NCBI GenBank assembly: GCA_965368975.1
Contig: CBDUPA010000003.1
Coordinates: 160,001 to 224,000, forward strand
Direction of reading: 5' to 3'
From: an uncultured bacterium
Lineage (GTDB): Bacteria > Acidobacteriota > Thermoanaerobaculia > Multivoradales > JAHZIX01
Length of the DNA stretch: 64,000 nucleotides
Shown one piece after another: positions 20,201-29,100 of the stretch; position 1 is the first letter of the stretch, and each line of letters opens with the position of its first letter. The notes below the pieces were generated by a model. It was given only the letters and a program-made list of their open reading frames with translations, searched no databases and had not been told where the DNA came from. A program made the translations under genes and the position numbers.

Positions 20201-20668
20201 GAGGAGCGAGCCCGTGTAGCTGCCGAAGGCGATCAGCGGCGCCGTCTCGCAGGTGTCCGAGCCGGGCAGAGCCATGATGGCCTTGTCGACGCGCGGTATG
20301 CCCGGTGGCAACAGCAGTGAACGCATGGTTTGAAGCTCCCCGTCCGCGCGGGATGTACGCACGGAGCAGAGGGTCTCGGCGGCCCGGCGCAAGTTGCCGA
20401 CCAGCGGAGAAAGAGCGTCGAACTTCGACGCCAGCTCGGGTATCTCGGCGCGCAGCAGTCGCAGCTCGGCCTCGAAGGTACCGGCCGTCGCGCGCGCTGC
20501 TTCGCAGCTCGCGAGGTCCGCGGTGGCGATCCGGTGCAACGTCCGGTTCAGGTCGCGATCGAAGTCGCGCAGGCGCTCCTGGGGCGTGCTGCCCAGGGCC
20601 GTCGTGGTGCACAAGACGAGGCAGGCAAGGAGGATCGTCACGGGGCGGACACTGCTGTTGTAGCGCAT
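17270..20668 (-). CDS. Array paralog 2 (short type): secreted protein with helical N-domain, PPC-like domain, 8 carboxypeptidase-regulatory-like modules and DGFESG tail
   Basis: Signal peptide from ATG 20668 (GGAG RBS). Repeated G-x-I/V-x-D...GxY...YDGxxC..C...GIDFxL modules. Ends RDGFESGTLDGWTVEPALP. Confidence 0.85.
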   Translation of the reverse strand: MRYNSSVRPVTILLACLVLCTTTALGSTPQERLRDFDRDLNRTLHRIATADLASCEAARATAGTFEAELRLLRAEIPELASKFDALSPLVGNLRRAAETLCSVRTSRADGELQTMRSLLLPPGIPRVDKAIMALPGSDTCETAPLIAFGSYTGSLLGTTLDGSTGCGGQGSGDVWYRVDSPSYLRFLVDTFGSDFDTVVSVHLECPGTTSNQIACDDDTAGLQSALLSEVSANQSVWIRISSFDGIGGQYQLNYGIGGSIAGTVTAEADGAPLEGAQVSVYHDYSFVGSVTTDADGSYSAPTSSLHYEGFKVRASGSEDYIDEVYQDQPCISPCDRELGNTGFGQEVTPPASGTAAGIDFALSPAARIAGTITDTSGTGLRNIEVELWDDLGEQLHQVFSAADGSYAFTRLPAGKYFVRSHASSFVNEVYDGQACAHGLTANCILSRGTVIPVAVGQSVTGIDMQLGKEGSISGTVVDQDGTPISSASVKTQTPDGTLISQVSTDSQGHYEQQGLAAGEYLVLVGRNGFSSQYYDGLPCGFLGNESCDLASATRITVQADTETAGIDFQLNNTGRISGSIRDTDNYPLADIRIYLRTSEPSIRDSTYTDALGQYEFDGLGEGTYYVMAGGNGYVWEIYPDGPCLGNNGTCEFAEGTGIEMTLGAHRSGIDLQLQEGGRLFGRITDTTGAPLHRWGVYAFDPNTIDYNLAFALTDINGNYVLEHLPPTPVYLKASRCSGCSSEYINEIYPNVHCLPDRSCPITDGLRVTPQVETSLGSFDFQIGMWTTFTGTIYDSETGGKARYTEIRLWDENGNQVDWARTSSGNPFTLRGASGKFTVTAASDSYHGEVFDDIACPFNGRVPTCDVTTGTVFNVSTDQQITDIDFVLEPRGVLTGRLVSAVDGSGVASRLIEAWDLQPSPFSPPSVYTDADGYFRFTGLVGTFTVSTDPPSNAIPTLFDGILCPLGVSSYYSRECEPAKGKPIVIGANQAAPSILMMEYPQQVGLYGYVTDETSGDGLAGVAVDIWNAQDSTLAATATTDANGHYYQALSVGTYFVSTRNSPGHVEQVYVGVACLAGSAFYGPCQPNQGYTLDLTGNIPIRADFALTPREVLKRDGFESGTLDGWTVEPALP

Positions 20669-20736
20669 GTAGATCTCCAAACGTTCATCGGATTGCGTCG
20701 AGAGAGGAAGTCGACTCGACGTGAGAATTCATTTTG

Positions 20737-23700
20737 TCAATTCTCCAGGACGCTGCGCAGGGCGAAGTCGGCACGCTGGCCGGCCTGGAAGTCGAGCAGC
20801 AAGGTAGTGCCCGTGCCGGGATCGCAGGCGCTGTTGCCGTCGATGATGGGGCACTCCTGGTTCGGGTAGACCTGATCGACGAAGCCGAGGTCGTTCGAGG
20901 TCACGACACGGTACTGGCCGGTGGGGAGGTCCAGGACGTACGTACCGTCCTGCTCGCTGAAGCGACTGTCGACCAGGGTGCCGTCCAGGTCGTAGATCTC
21001 GATCCGTACATCCGCCAGGGGTGCGCCGCTGGCGGCGTTGCGGACGCTGCCGAATAGGCGTAGCGGCCGGTACGGCAAATGGAGATCGATACGCCGGCTG
21101 ATTCCTGCGGAAATGGCGAGAGGCGTGCCCTTTGTCGGATCGCAGGGTCTGCTGCAGGTGAGTCCGTCGTACAGGACGTTGCTGTAACCGTAAGAGCGCC
21201 CCGGCACGTCGTTCAGCGAGGAACTGAGGAAGTAAGTGCCATGCGCCAGTCCGGCAAAGACGTAGCGGCCGGCTCGGTTGGTGAAGGTGAACTGGTTGGC
21301 GCCGTCTAGCTTGCGCAGCTTCACGGACCTGAATGCCAAGGGGGCGCCAGTGACGCCGTCGAGCAGGAAGCCGTGGACTGTGCCCTGGGGACGCAGCAGG
21401 AAGTCGATGCCAGCGGTCGTCTGGCCGGCACGGGCACGCACGGCCCGGCCCTGGGTCGGGTCACAGGTCAGCGGACGGAAGGGACCGTTGGCGCCCGGAC
21501 AGGGCAGCAGGTCGTAGGTCTGAGCCTCGAGGGCTTCGTCCACGGCGGTCAAGTAGTAGAGGCCCGGTGGCAAGGCCGGCGTGGCGAAGGCGCCGTCCAC
21601 CGCCACGTCGACGGTGCCGCGCACGGACCGGTCGGCGTTCTGGTAACGCACCTCGGCGCTCGGCACCGGGTACTCACTGCTAGTCAGGTTGCGGTCCGTC
21701 ACCACGCGTCCCGCCAGCACGCCGCCGCCGCGCAACCGGAAGTCGATGCCGGTGAGGTGTGCGTCTTCCGCCACCAGCAGTGGGGTGCCGCCCTGGAACT
21801 GGTAGAGGAAGATGTCGGTTCGCGGCCGCACGTCCTCGACGCCGTCGTAGAACTGGGTGACATAGGGCGCTTCGCCTGGCACGGAGCGGGCCATGAGCAG
21901 GTAGAAGCCGCGTTCGAGAGCGGTGAGGGCATAGCTACCATCGCCCTGGCTGAACGCCGTGGCGTGAACCCTGCCGTAGTAGTCGTGCAGCAGTAGCTCG
22001 ATGTTCGGCAGCGGTTGACCGGCCAGGTCGGTAACGGTGCCGCGCACGCTGGCGTTGGTCTTGGCGCTGCCTGCGTTGGCGCGCGAGGGAATCGAAGGCG
22101 AGGGTTGTCGGCTTGCAGGCGTGGCGTCCAGGCGCGTACCGCGTTTGGGAAGGCGGAAATCCACCAGCGGGAAGTTGGCGTCGCCCACTTGCACCGCGCT
22201 GCCGGAGGCCGGATCGCAGTTGCCGAGCCAGGCCGAGCCGTCCGGACACGCCACGCCGTTGAAGACCTGGTCGAGGTGACCGATCTCGTTGTGGGTCGAG
22301 ACGAAGTAGCCGCCGGGCGGCAGCTCGAACTCGTACCGGCCACTGCTGTCGGTCTCGACCTGACCGACGTGGTCGCCGCTGCTGGCGTCCCAGACATCAA
22401 TGCGGATGCCGCTCAGGGGCACGTTACGGACCGGTTCCTCGACGCGACCGCGCAAGCCGGTGACCAGCGGTGTCAAGACGAAATCGATGTCCGGAGTCAG
22501 CTCGCGGTCGCGCACGGTGACCAGGGTGGCGCCCGCCGGTGCGCCGTTGCAGGGAGCCTCTTCGAGGCCGTCTGGGCAGTCGATGCCGGGGTAGAAGCGG
22601 GGCACGTACTGGCCTGCGCGGTGGCGTTCCCCAGCTCCAACATAATAGTCGCCAGGCGGCAGGGCATCGGTAGTGTAGAGGCCGGTCTGGAAGCTGCTCC
22701 TGTCGGTCGCGATCAGCTCACCGCTGGGATCGAAGATAGCGATCCTGGGCCCGATCGGCTGGCCGGTGAAGACGTTGACGGTGCGACCGGAAATGGCGCC
22801 GAAGGGGTCGAGGTGCAGGGCGATGCCGGAGATCACGTCGCCCAGCTCGATCTCGATCACGGTGCCGGTCGGTGCCTCGGTGCACTCACCGTTGCACTCC
22901 CCGCCGCCGTAGATCTGGCCGTTGTGTCCGCGGTAGGAAGCGGAGAGGCGGTAGGAGCCAGGCAGAATGCCGAACAGCTCGAAGGTGCCCTCGAACGCCT
23001 GCCGTGGCACGTCGACACGCTCGCCGGTGGTGGCATCCCAGAGCTGCAGGTCCGGGAAGGTGAGCTCACCGCCGGTGACCGAGCTGAAGACGCGCGGGCG
23101 CAGCACGCCGAGGGTTTCGAGTTCGAAGTCGAAGCCAGTCTGGGGAGCGACGGCACCCTCGAAGACCACCGGCGTGCCCTGCTCCAGGGGAGGGCAATCC
23201 GGCAGGCATGGCAGACCGTCGAAGAGTTCACTGCGCCAAGCTTCGGTACTCACGATCAACCGGTACTCGCCGGCCTTGATGCCGCGGATCTCGTAGTCGC
23301 CCGCACTGTCAGGGAAACCCAGTCCCACGACCTGGTCGCTGGCCGACCACAGCTGAACCTGGCCGCGGCTGATCGCCCCGCCCTGGCTGTCGGTAACGCG
23401 CCCTTGGAGTGTGCCGAGCGCGCGAGCCTCGAGATCGATACCCGTGACGCCGGCACTGCCGACGTTGATGGCAGTCGCGCCGTCGGTGGAGCACGAAGTG
23501 TTCAGAGAGTCGCAGGGCGGTGCGCCCAGGAGCTGAGGATGGATATCCCTGTTGAAGAACAGGTAGTACTCAGCGGCTGGCACTGACAGGGTGTATCTGC
23601 CTTGTGTGTCCGTGCTGGTGGAGTTGGTGATCTGAGGGAAGGGGTCGTAGACGCGATACGGCGAGGCCGTCACTACGACGCTTGCCAGCGGTGCGCCGGT

Positions 23701-25890
23701 GATGTCCGTGACGGTCCCCTCGATCGTCGGGTGCGGCACCAGCTGGAAGTCGATACCGGTGATCGGGGACTCCTGGGCCACCAGCGGTACGGCGTCGAGC
23801 GGATCGCAGCGGTCTTCGTTGATGAAGTCGGTGAACAGCGGGCAAGTGGCGCCGCCGTAGACCTGGTCCTCGTGGCTGCGGCCGCTGTCGGTGTACAGGT
23901 AGTAGGTGTCGCCGACCTGGGTGGGCAGGCGGTAGGAGCCGTCTGGCTGGGTGAAGACGGAGTTGATGCTGAAGTCGTCGCTGTTGTAGGCGTTGATCCG
24001 GCGATCGACCAAAGGCGTACCGTGGATATCGGTCATGTACCCCTGGATCGAAGAGCCACTGACGGTGAGTGGGCTCAGCTCGAAATCCACCCCTGTCGCC
24101 GCCGGGTAGTGACGGCCGGTCGGCTGCATGTCGAGGATCGAGGATCGCAGCAGGTCGTTGCTGGAGCCACAGCCGAAGGAGAGGCAATCGATGTGGTCGA
24201 ACAGCTGCGACCGGTAGCCATCCGCCTGGGTGTAGACGAAGTAGCCCCAGGGCGGGACGTTGCGTAGCACGTATTCGCCGTTGGCGTCGGTGGTGGTGGT
24301 GCGGTTGAAGTTGTCCTCCAGGTCCGCGCGCTGGCTTCGCACAATTGCCCCTGCCAGCGGCTGGCCTTCCGTGTCGGTCACTCTGCCGCGAATGTGGACA
24401 CCGTCGAGCAACACCAGATCGATGCCGGACGTCTCGGTGCCGGTCGCCACCGGCACCGGCGTACCGTCCAGGGGGTCACAGCCGGCCGGGCAGGGTAGGC
24501 CGCCGTAGAGTATACCGGTGGTGAAGAACGGTTCCCCGCGGTAGGCATAGAGGAAGTAGTTGCCGTCGGGCATGCCCTCCACGAAGAAACTGCCGTCGTC
24601 AAAGCGCGTGTGCGCGTACCGGAAGATCTCGCCGTCGGCGTAGAAGACGGCGACGACCACGCCGGTGGCCGGTGTTCCGTCTTCGTTCGACACGCGACCA
24701 CTCAAGCGGCCTCCCGGACTCAGTTCCAGGTCGATGCCGGTCAGCATCTCGCCGGCGCGTAGGGGCAGCGCTGTGCCCAACTCGTCGGTGCCGCAGTGAT
24801 CGTCGCGCTGGAAGCGGATCACGTCGTCGAAGAGCTCGTCGACGTGTGCCGGAGCTCCGTAGCTGTGGAGGTAGGCATCCTGGCTGTCGAGGTCGTCGTC
24901 CGGGTAGCCGAAGTGGTAGGAGCCGGTGGTCGTGGTCGAGAAGGTGCTCTCGAGGTGGAAGCCGAACTCACGGTTGCACAGTTCGATCCGGGTGTTGATC
25001 GGCGAGCCATCGCTCTCGCTGCTCACGCGCCCTTCAACGCTGGGATACATGCCAACGCGCAACTGGTAGTCGCCGCTGTCGTCGGCGGAGAAGCCGGACA
25101 GGCGAACGAGCACTTCCTGCCCTGCGTTCATCAAGGCATAGGCCGTTGCTTGAAGACCGTAGCTGTCGTCGGCGCACACCCTCTCGTTGCTGCCCGTGCC
25201 CGGACATTCATCCGCTCGATGCACCGACACGACGGTGTCGAAGTTCGAACCGGAGCTGTCGAAGCCGACGGCGCCGCGCTCTGTGGCCCGGTAGCGGAAC
25301 CAGACATCGCGCGAGTCAGAGAGGCTGCAGCCGTTGCCGCCGTCCTGTGTCGCCGTGCTCAACGAGCCGGTGACCGTCTGGCCTAGTTCCAGGATCTGCG
25401 CATCCGCGCAGCTGTCGTTGGCCGGTGCGGTCTTCGACTGGGCTCGCGGCGACTGGGATCGCGGCGCCAGGGGAGTGTGGGTGCGCAGCGCGTCCAGGGC
25501 CGCCACTTCACCGCGCTGGTGTAGCTCCAGGGCCAGGCGCAGGTTGTCCTCCAAGGCGCGCAGGGCGTCGAGCTTACGGGCAGTGACGGAGTCGGGCGTC
25601 GCCGCTGCCAGTGCTGCGAGAGAGTCCAGTTGCTGGCCTACCGCTTGCTGCCGACTCTGCCAGCTGGCGCGTTGTGCTTTGTCAGGTGACCTGGTCTCGC
25701 GCACCTCGACCAGGAGCTGGTGCAGCTGCTGGTTCAGCTGTTGCAGGTCGTGTTGGGTGTCGCTATTCCCAGCGACTGGCTGGTGCGTCGCGGCGATGGC
25801 GGGCGCCGCGAGGAGCAGGAGCAGGGGCAGCACCAAGAGGTTGCGCGGCCGAAGGGCGGAAAGGGGCGAATAGCATCGGGATGAAACCAC
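20737..25890 (-). CDS. Array paralog 3 (long type, 1717 aa): secreted protein with 13 carboxypeptidase-regulatory-like modules
   Basis: GTG start with GGAGG RBS, signal peptide, PANDSCADA, repeated modules. Ends QRADFALRSVLEN. Confidence 0.85.
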   Translation of the reverse strand: MVSSRCYSPLSALRPRNLLVLPLLLLLAAPAIAATHQPVAGNSDTQHDLQQLNQQLHQLLVEVRETRSPDKAQRASWQSRQQAVGQQLDSLAALAAATPDSVTARKLDALRALEDNLRLALELHQRGEVAALDALRTHTPLAPRSQSPRAQSKTAPANDSCADAQILELGQTVTGSLSTATQDGGNGCSLSDSRDVWFRYRATERGAVGFDSSGSNFDTVVSVHRADECPGTGSNERVCADDSYGLQATAYALMNAGQEVLVRLSGFSADDSGDYQLRVGMYPSVEGRVSSESDGSPINTRIELCNREFGFHLESTFSTTTTGSYHFGYPDDDLDSQDAYLHSYGAPAHVDELFDDVIRFQRDDHCGTDELGTALPLRAGEMLTGIDLELSPGGRLSGRVSNEDGTPATGVVVAVFYADGEIFRYAHTRFDDGSFFVEGMPDGNYFLYAYRGEPFFTTGILYGGLPCPAGCDPLDGTPVPVATGTETSGIDLVLLDGVHIRGRVTDTEGQPLAGAIVRSQRADLEDNFNRTTTTDANGEYVLRNVPPWGYFVYTQADGYRSQLFDHIDCLSFGCGSSNDLLRSSILDMQPTGRHYPAATGVDFELSPLTVSGSSIQGYMTDIHGTPLVDRRINAYNSDDFSINSVFTQPDGSYRLPTQVGDTYYLYTDSGRSHEDQVYGGATCPLFTDFINEDRCDPLDAVPLVAQESPITGIDFQLVPHPTIEGTVTDITGAPLASVVVTASPYRVYDPFPQITNSTSTDTQGRYTLSVPAAEYYLFFNRDIHPQLLGAPPCDSLNTSCSTDGATAINVGSAGVTGIDLEARALGTLQGRVTDSQGGAISRGQVQLWSASDQVVGLGFPDSAGDYEIRGIKAGEYRLIVSTEAWRSELFDGLPCLPDCPPLEQGTPVVFEGAVAPQTGFDFELETLGVLRPRVFSSVTGGELTFPDLQLWDATTGERVDVPRQAFEGTFELFGILPGSYRLSASYRGHNGQIYGGGECNGECTEAPTGTVIEIELGDVISGIALHLDPFGAISGRTVNVFTGQPIGPRIAIFDPSGELIATDRSSFQTGLYTTDALPPGDYYVGAGERHRAGQYVPRFYPGIDCPDGLEEAPCNGAPAGATLVTVRDRELTPDIDFVLTPLVTGLRGRVEEPVRNVPLSGIRIDVWDASSGDHVGQVETDSSGRYEFELPPGGYFVSTHNEIGHLDQVFNGVACPDGSAWLGNCDPASGSAVQVGDANFPLVDFRLPKRGTRLDATPASRQPSPSIPSRANAGSAKTNASVRGTVTDLAGQPLPNIELLLHDYYGRVHATAFSQGDGSYALTALERGFYLLMARSVPGEAPYVTQFYDGVEDVRPRTDIFLYQFQGGTPLLVAEDAHLTGIDFRLRGGGVLAGRVVTDRNLTSSEYPVPSAEVRYQNADRSVRGTVDVAVDGAFATPALPPGLYYLTAVDEALEAQTYDLLPCPGANGPFRPLTCDPTQGRAVRARAGQTTAGIDFLLRPQGTVHGFLLDGVTGAPLAFRSVKLRKLDGANQFTFTNRAGRYVFAGLAHGTYFLSSSLNDVPGRSYGYSNVLYDGLTCSRPCDPTKGTPLAISAGISRRIDLHLPYRPLRLFGSVRNAASGAPLADVRIEIYDLDGTLVDSRFSEQDGTYVLDLPTGQYRVVTSNDLGFVDQVYPNQECPIIDGNSACDPGTGTTLLLDFQAGQRADFALRSVLEN

Positions 25891-25969
25891 AGAGAACCTC
25901 CAAGAGATTGGACAGTAGGACGTCTAGGGCCGTTCGCTTGCGATGACTGTTCTTGCGCCGACCCCTAGA

Positions 25970-25999
25970 GTAGGCGCAAGAGATCCGGGGGCGGGATCA
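25970..25999 (-). promoter_or_regulatory. Conserved upstream motif, copy A (TGATCCCG-N10-TCTTGCGCCTAC)
   Basis: Both blocks and their spacing recur exactly at 31509-31538, upstream of the next paralog. Confidence 0.55.
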
Positions 26000-26172
26000 G
26001 ATGTCCCTGGAGGAGGTCAAAGCCGAGCAACGGGAGTCGATCTTCGTGAGTAGCTGCAATGTTGCCGTGCGAGCGGCGAACTAGACTCCCACTGGTGGCA
26101 GCCTCTGTTTGTTGGGGACGGCAGAGCCGTAGGTCCTGTACGGGCAACTGGGCTCCAGGTTGCTTACGGTGG

Positions 26173-29100
26173 CTAGTTCGGCGCCAGCACACTGCGCAAG
26201 GAGAAGTCGGCTCGCTGTCCGGTTTCGAAGTCGAGCGTCAGCGGCGTACCGCTGCCGGGATCGCAGGCTGAGCTGCCATCGACGATCGGACACTCCTGGT
26301 TCGGATAGACCTGGTCGACGAAGCCGAGGTTGTTGTCGGTCAGCACGTGGTACTGACCGGGTGGGAGGTTGATTAGGTAGCTGCCGTCGAAGTTGCTGTA
26401 AGTCGTAGCGACCAGTGCGCCGTTGGCGTCGTAGACTTCGACGCGAATATTGTGCAAGACAGCGCCGCTCGCGGCGTTGCGTACGGTGCCGAATACGCGC
26501 AGCGGCGAGCGCGGCAGGTAGAGGTTGATAGTCCGATCGACTCCGGGATCGCCGAGGATCGGTTTCCCCTTGGTCGGCTCGCACGCTCCGCGGCAACTCA
26601 GGCCGTCGTAAAGCACGTTCGCGTAGTTCTCACCGCCGGCTCCTAGGGTACGCAGGAAGTACGTGCCGACGGGTAGGTTGTCCAAGATGTAGCGCCCAGC
26701 ACGGTTGGACCTCGTTCGCCAGGACTGTTCAAAGGCCGGCGCAACCGCCTCGATCGTCATTCCGGGCAACGGTTCGCCGCTGACGGCGTCATAGAGGTAG
26801 CCGGAAATCCTTGCCCAAGGGCGCAGATAGAAGTCGATGCTCGATGTCGTTTGGCCCGCGCGCACGTGCACTGGGCGTCCCTGTGTGGGGTCGCAGCTGA
26901 AGGGACGGAAGGCTATCGTGTAGTCGAGAGGGCAGGGAATGCGGTCGTAGTTCTGGGCTTCGAACCCGAAGCTGACGGCCGTCAGATAGTAGCGTCCGGG
27001 TGGCAGCGGGGATGAAGCGAAGGTGCCATCTGCCGCGATATTGAGCCAACCGGAGAGGGAACCATCTGCGTTCTGGAAGCGGACTTGGCCGGACGGTACC
27101 GGTTCGTTGGTACCAGTACGCTGGCCGCTGGTGAAGACACGTCCAGTGATCAAGCCGCCGGCGCGTAGACGAAAATCGATATCTTCGACGCTACTGTCGG
27201 CTGCCAATGGTACCGGGGTGCCACCGTCGAAGCGGAGGTCGAAGCTCCGGTTGCTGCAGACTGGAGTGCAGTCGATACCGTCGAAGATCTGCTCGACGTA
27301 GGGCGCCGAGGCGCTGACAGAGCGGGCGACGAGCACGTAGTACCCGGGCTCGAGGTTGTCGAGGAGGTAGCTACCGTCGGCCTGCGTCGAGGTCGAAGTG
27401 AGAATGTTGCCGAAGAGACTCTGCAACAAGACTTCGATATCTTGTAAGGGGGTTCCGCTTCGGTCGGTGACGGTACCGTGGATACGGGAGGTGGCTTGAC
27501 TTGATGAGGCCGCAGGCCCAGCACCCGAGCTGCCGATCGGAATGCGGAGAGCCTGGACCGGTGTCGAGGTCTCCGGCACGTCTCCGCGCGCGCTTCGTTG
27601 CGTCAGCCGAAAGCTCACGAATGGGAAGGCGGGGCTGGCGACCTCGACCGCGGTACCCGAGGAGGGATCGCAGCGACCGAGCCAGGCCGAGCCCTCTGCG
27701 CAGATGACTCCGCGGTACACCTCGTCACGCCAGCCTCGATCGTTGTGCGTCGAAACGAAATAACCTCCCGGTGGTAGCTCGGCTGCAAAGTTCGAACTTG
27801 TGACTTCGATGCGCTCGACGTGTGCCCCGGTCGAGGCGTCCCAGATGTCCACGTGAACACCATCAATCGGCTGAGAGTCGGCGGTCCGAACGTCGCCACG
27901 AAGTCCCGTGGACAGAGGTGTCAACACGAGGTCGATGTTCGCGGTCAGTCGGCCATTGACGACTTCCACAAGAAGGGCATCGCTTCCCGGTCCGCGCATG
28001 CACGGGGCCCGGTCGAAGCCATCCGGGCAGTCGACATCCGGAAACAGTCGAGGCATCTGGTTTCTATTAGTTGCGCCGACATAGTAGAAGCCGTCCGGAA
28101 GGGCTCTGGTCGTGTAGTTCCCGTCCGCGAACTGGCTGCTGCTAGCGGTGGTCACCTGCTGGCCCGTGCTGGCCCAGACCACGATGTCGGAGGATGTTCC
28201 ACGGCCAGTGAAAGCACCTGTAATGCGGCCCGAAATGGCACCGAAGGGTACGAGTCGAAACTCTATGCCAGAAATCACGTCGCCAAGTCCGATATGTAGG
28301 ATGTCTCCGTCCGGTGCCGAGGTGCAGGTTTCGGTACACGCGCTGCCACCGTAGATCTGACCGTTGTAGCCGAACCTAGAAGCGGAGAGGCGGTACGAGC
28401 CGGGTTGGATGTCGAAGAACTCGAACTCGCCGTCCACAGTTCTGCGTAGGACATGAGCGGGTTCACCGGACCCGGCGTGCCACAGTTGTAGGTCAGGATC
28501 GGATAGTTTCGCTCCGTTGGTGGCGTCGACGAAGCGCGCATGTAGGACCGCGAGGGCATCAAGCTGAAAGTCGAAGCCGGTTTGGGGGACTCGAGAACCG
28601 GTGAAGTTGACGGCGAGTCCCTGCTCCAGCGGCGGACAGCTCGGTAGGCAAGGGAGGTTGTCGTAGAGTTCGCCAACCCAGCCGGCGCCACTGTATTCGA
28701 GCCAGTGCTTCCCGACCGGTATGCCGCCGATTTCGTATTCGCCCTGGAGGTTCGGAGTGCCCGACCCGAGTACCACTCCGAGATCGTTGCGCAACAGGAC
28801 ACTGCCGTCGCTGACAGGCTGCCCTGCCATGTCGAGCACGCGGCCAGTCAAGGTGCCGAACCCTCGAGCCTGCAGATCGACGCCGGTAACGTCTGCAGCT
28901 TCAACTGCCACAGCTGTGGCACCTTCCGTCGGGCAACTGAAGACGTTGAAGAGGTCGTCGCACGGCGGCGCTCCCAGTACCTGCGGCATGATGCCTTTGC
29001 TGAAGTACAGGAAGTGGTCGCCTGCCGGTACTGGCAGGCTGTACCGACCTTCAGCGTCGGTCGTAGTCTGGTTGGTTAGGGTGGGGAAGGGCCGGTATTC

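Noticed and set aside
25970-25999. Sigma-54 promoter (TTGC in the conserved motif)
   Set aside because: There is no GG at the -24 position in either copy.
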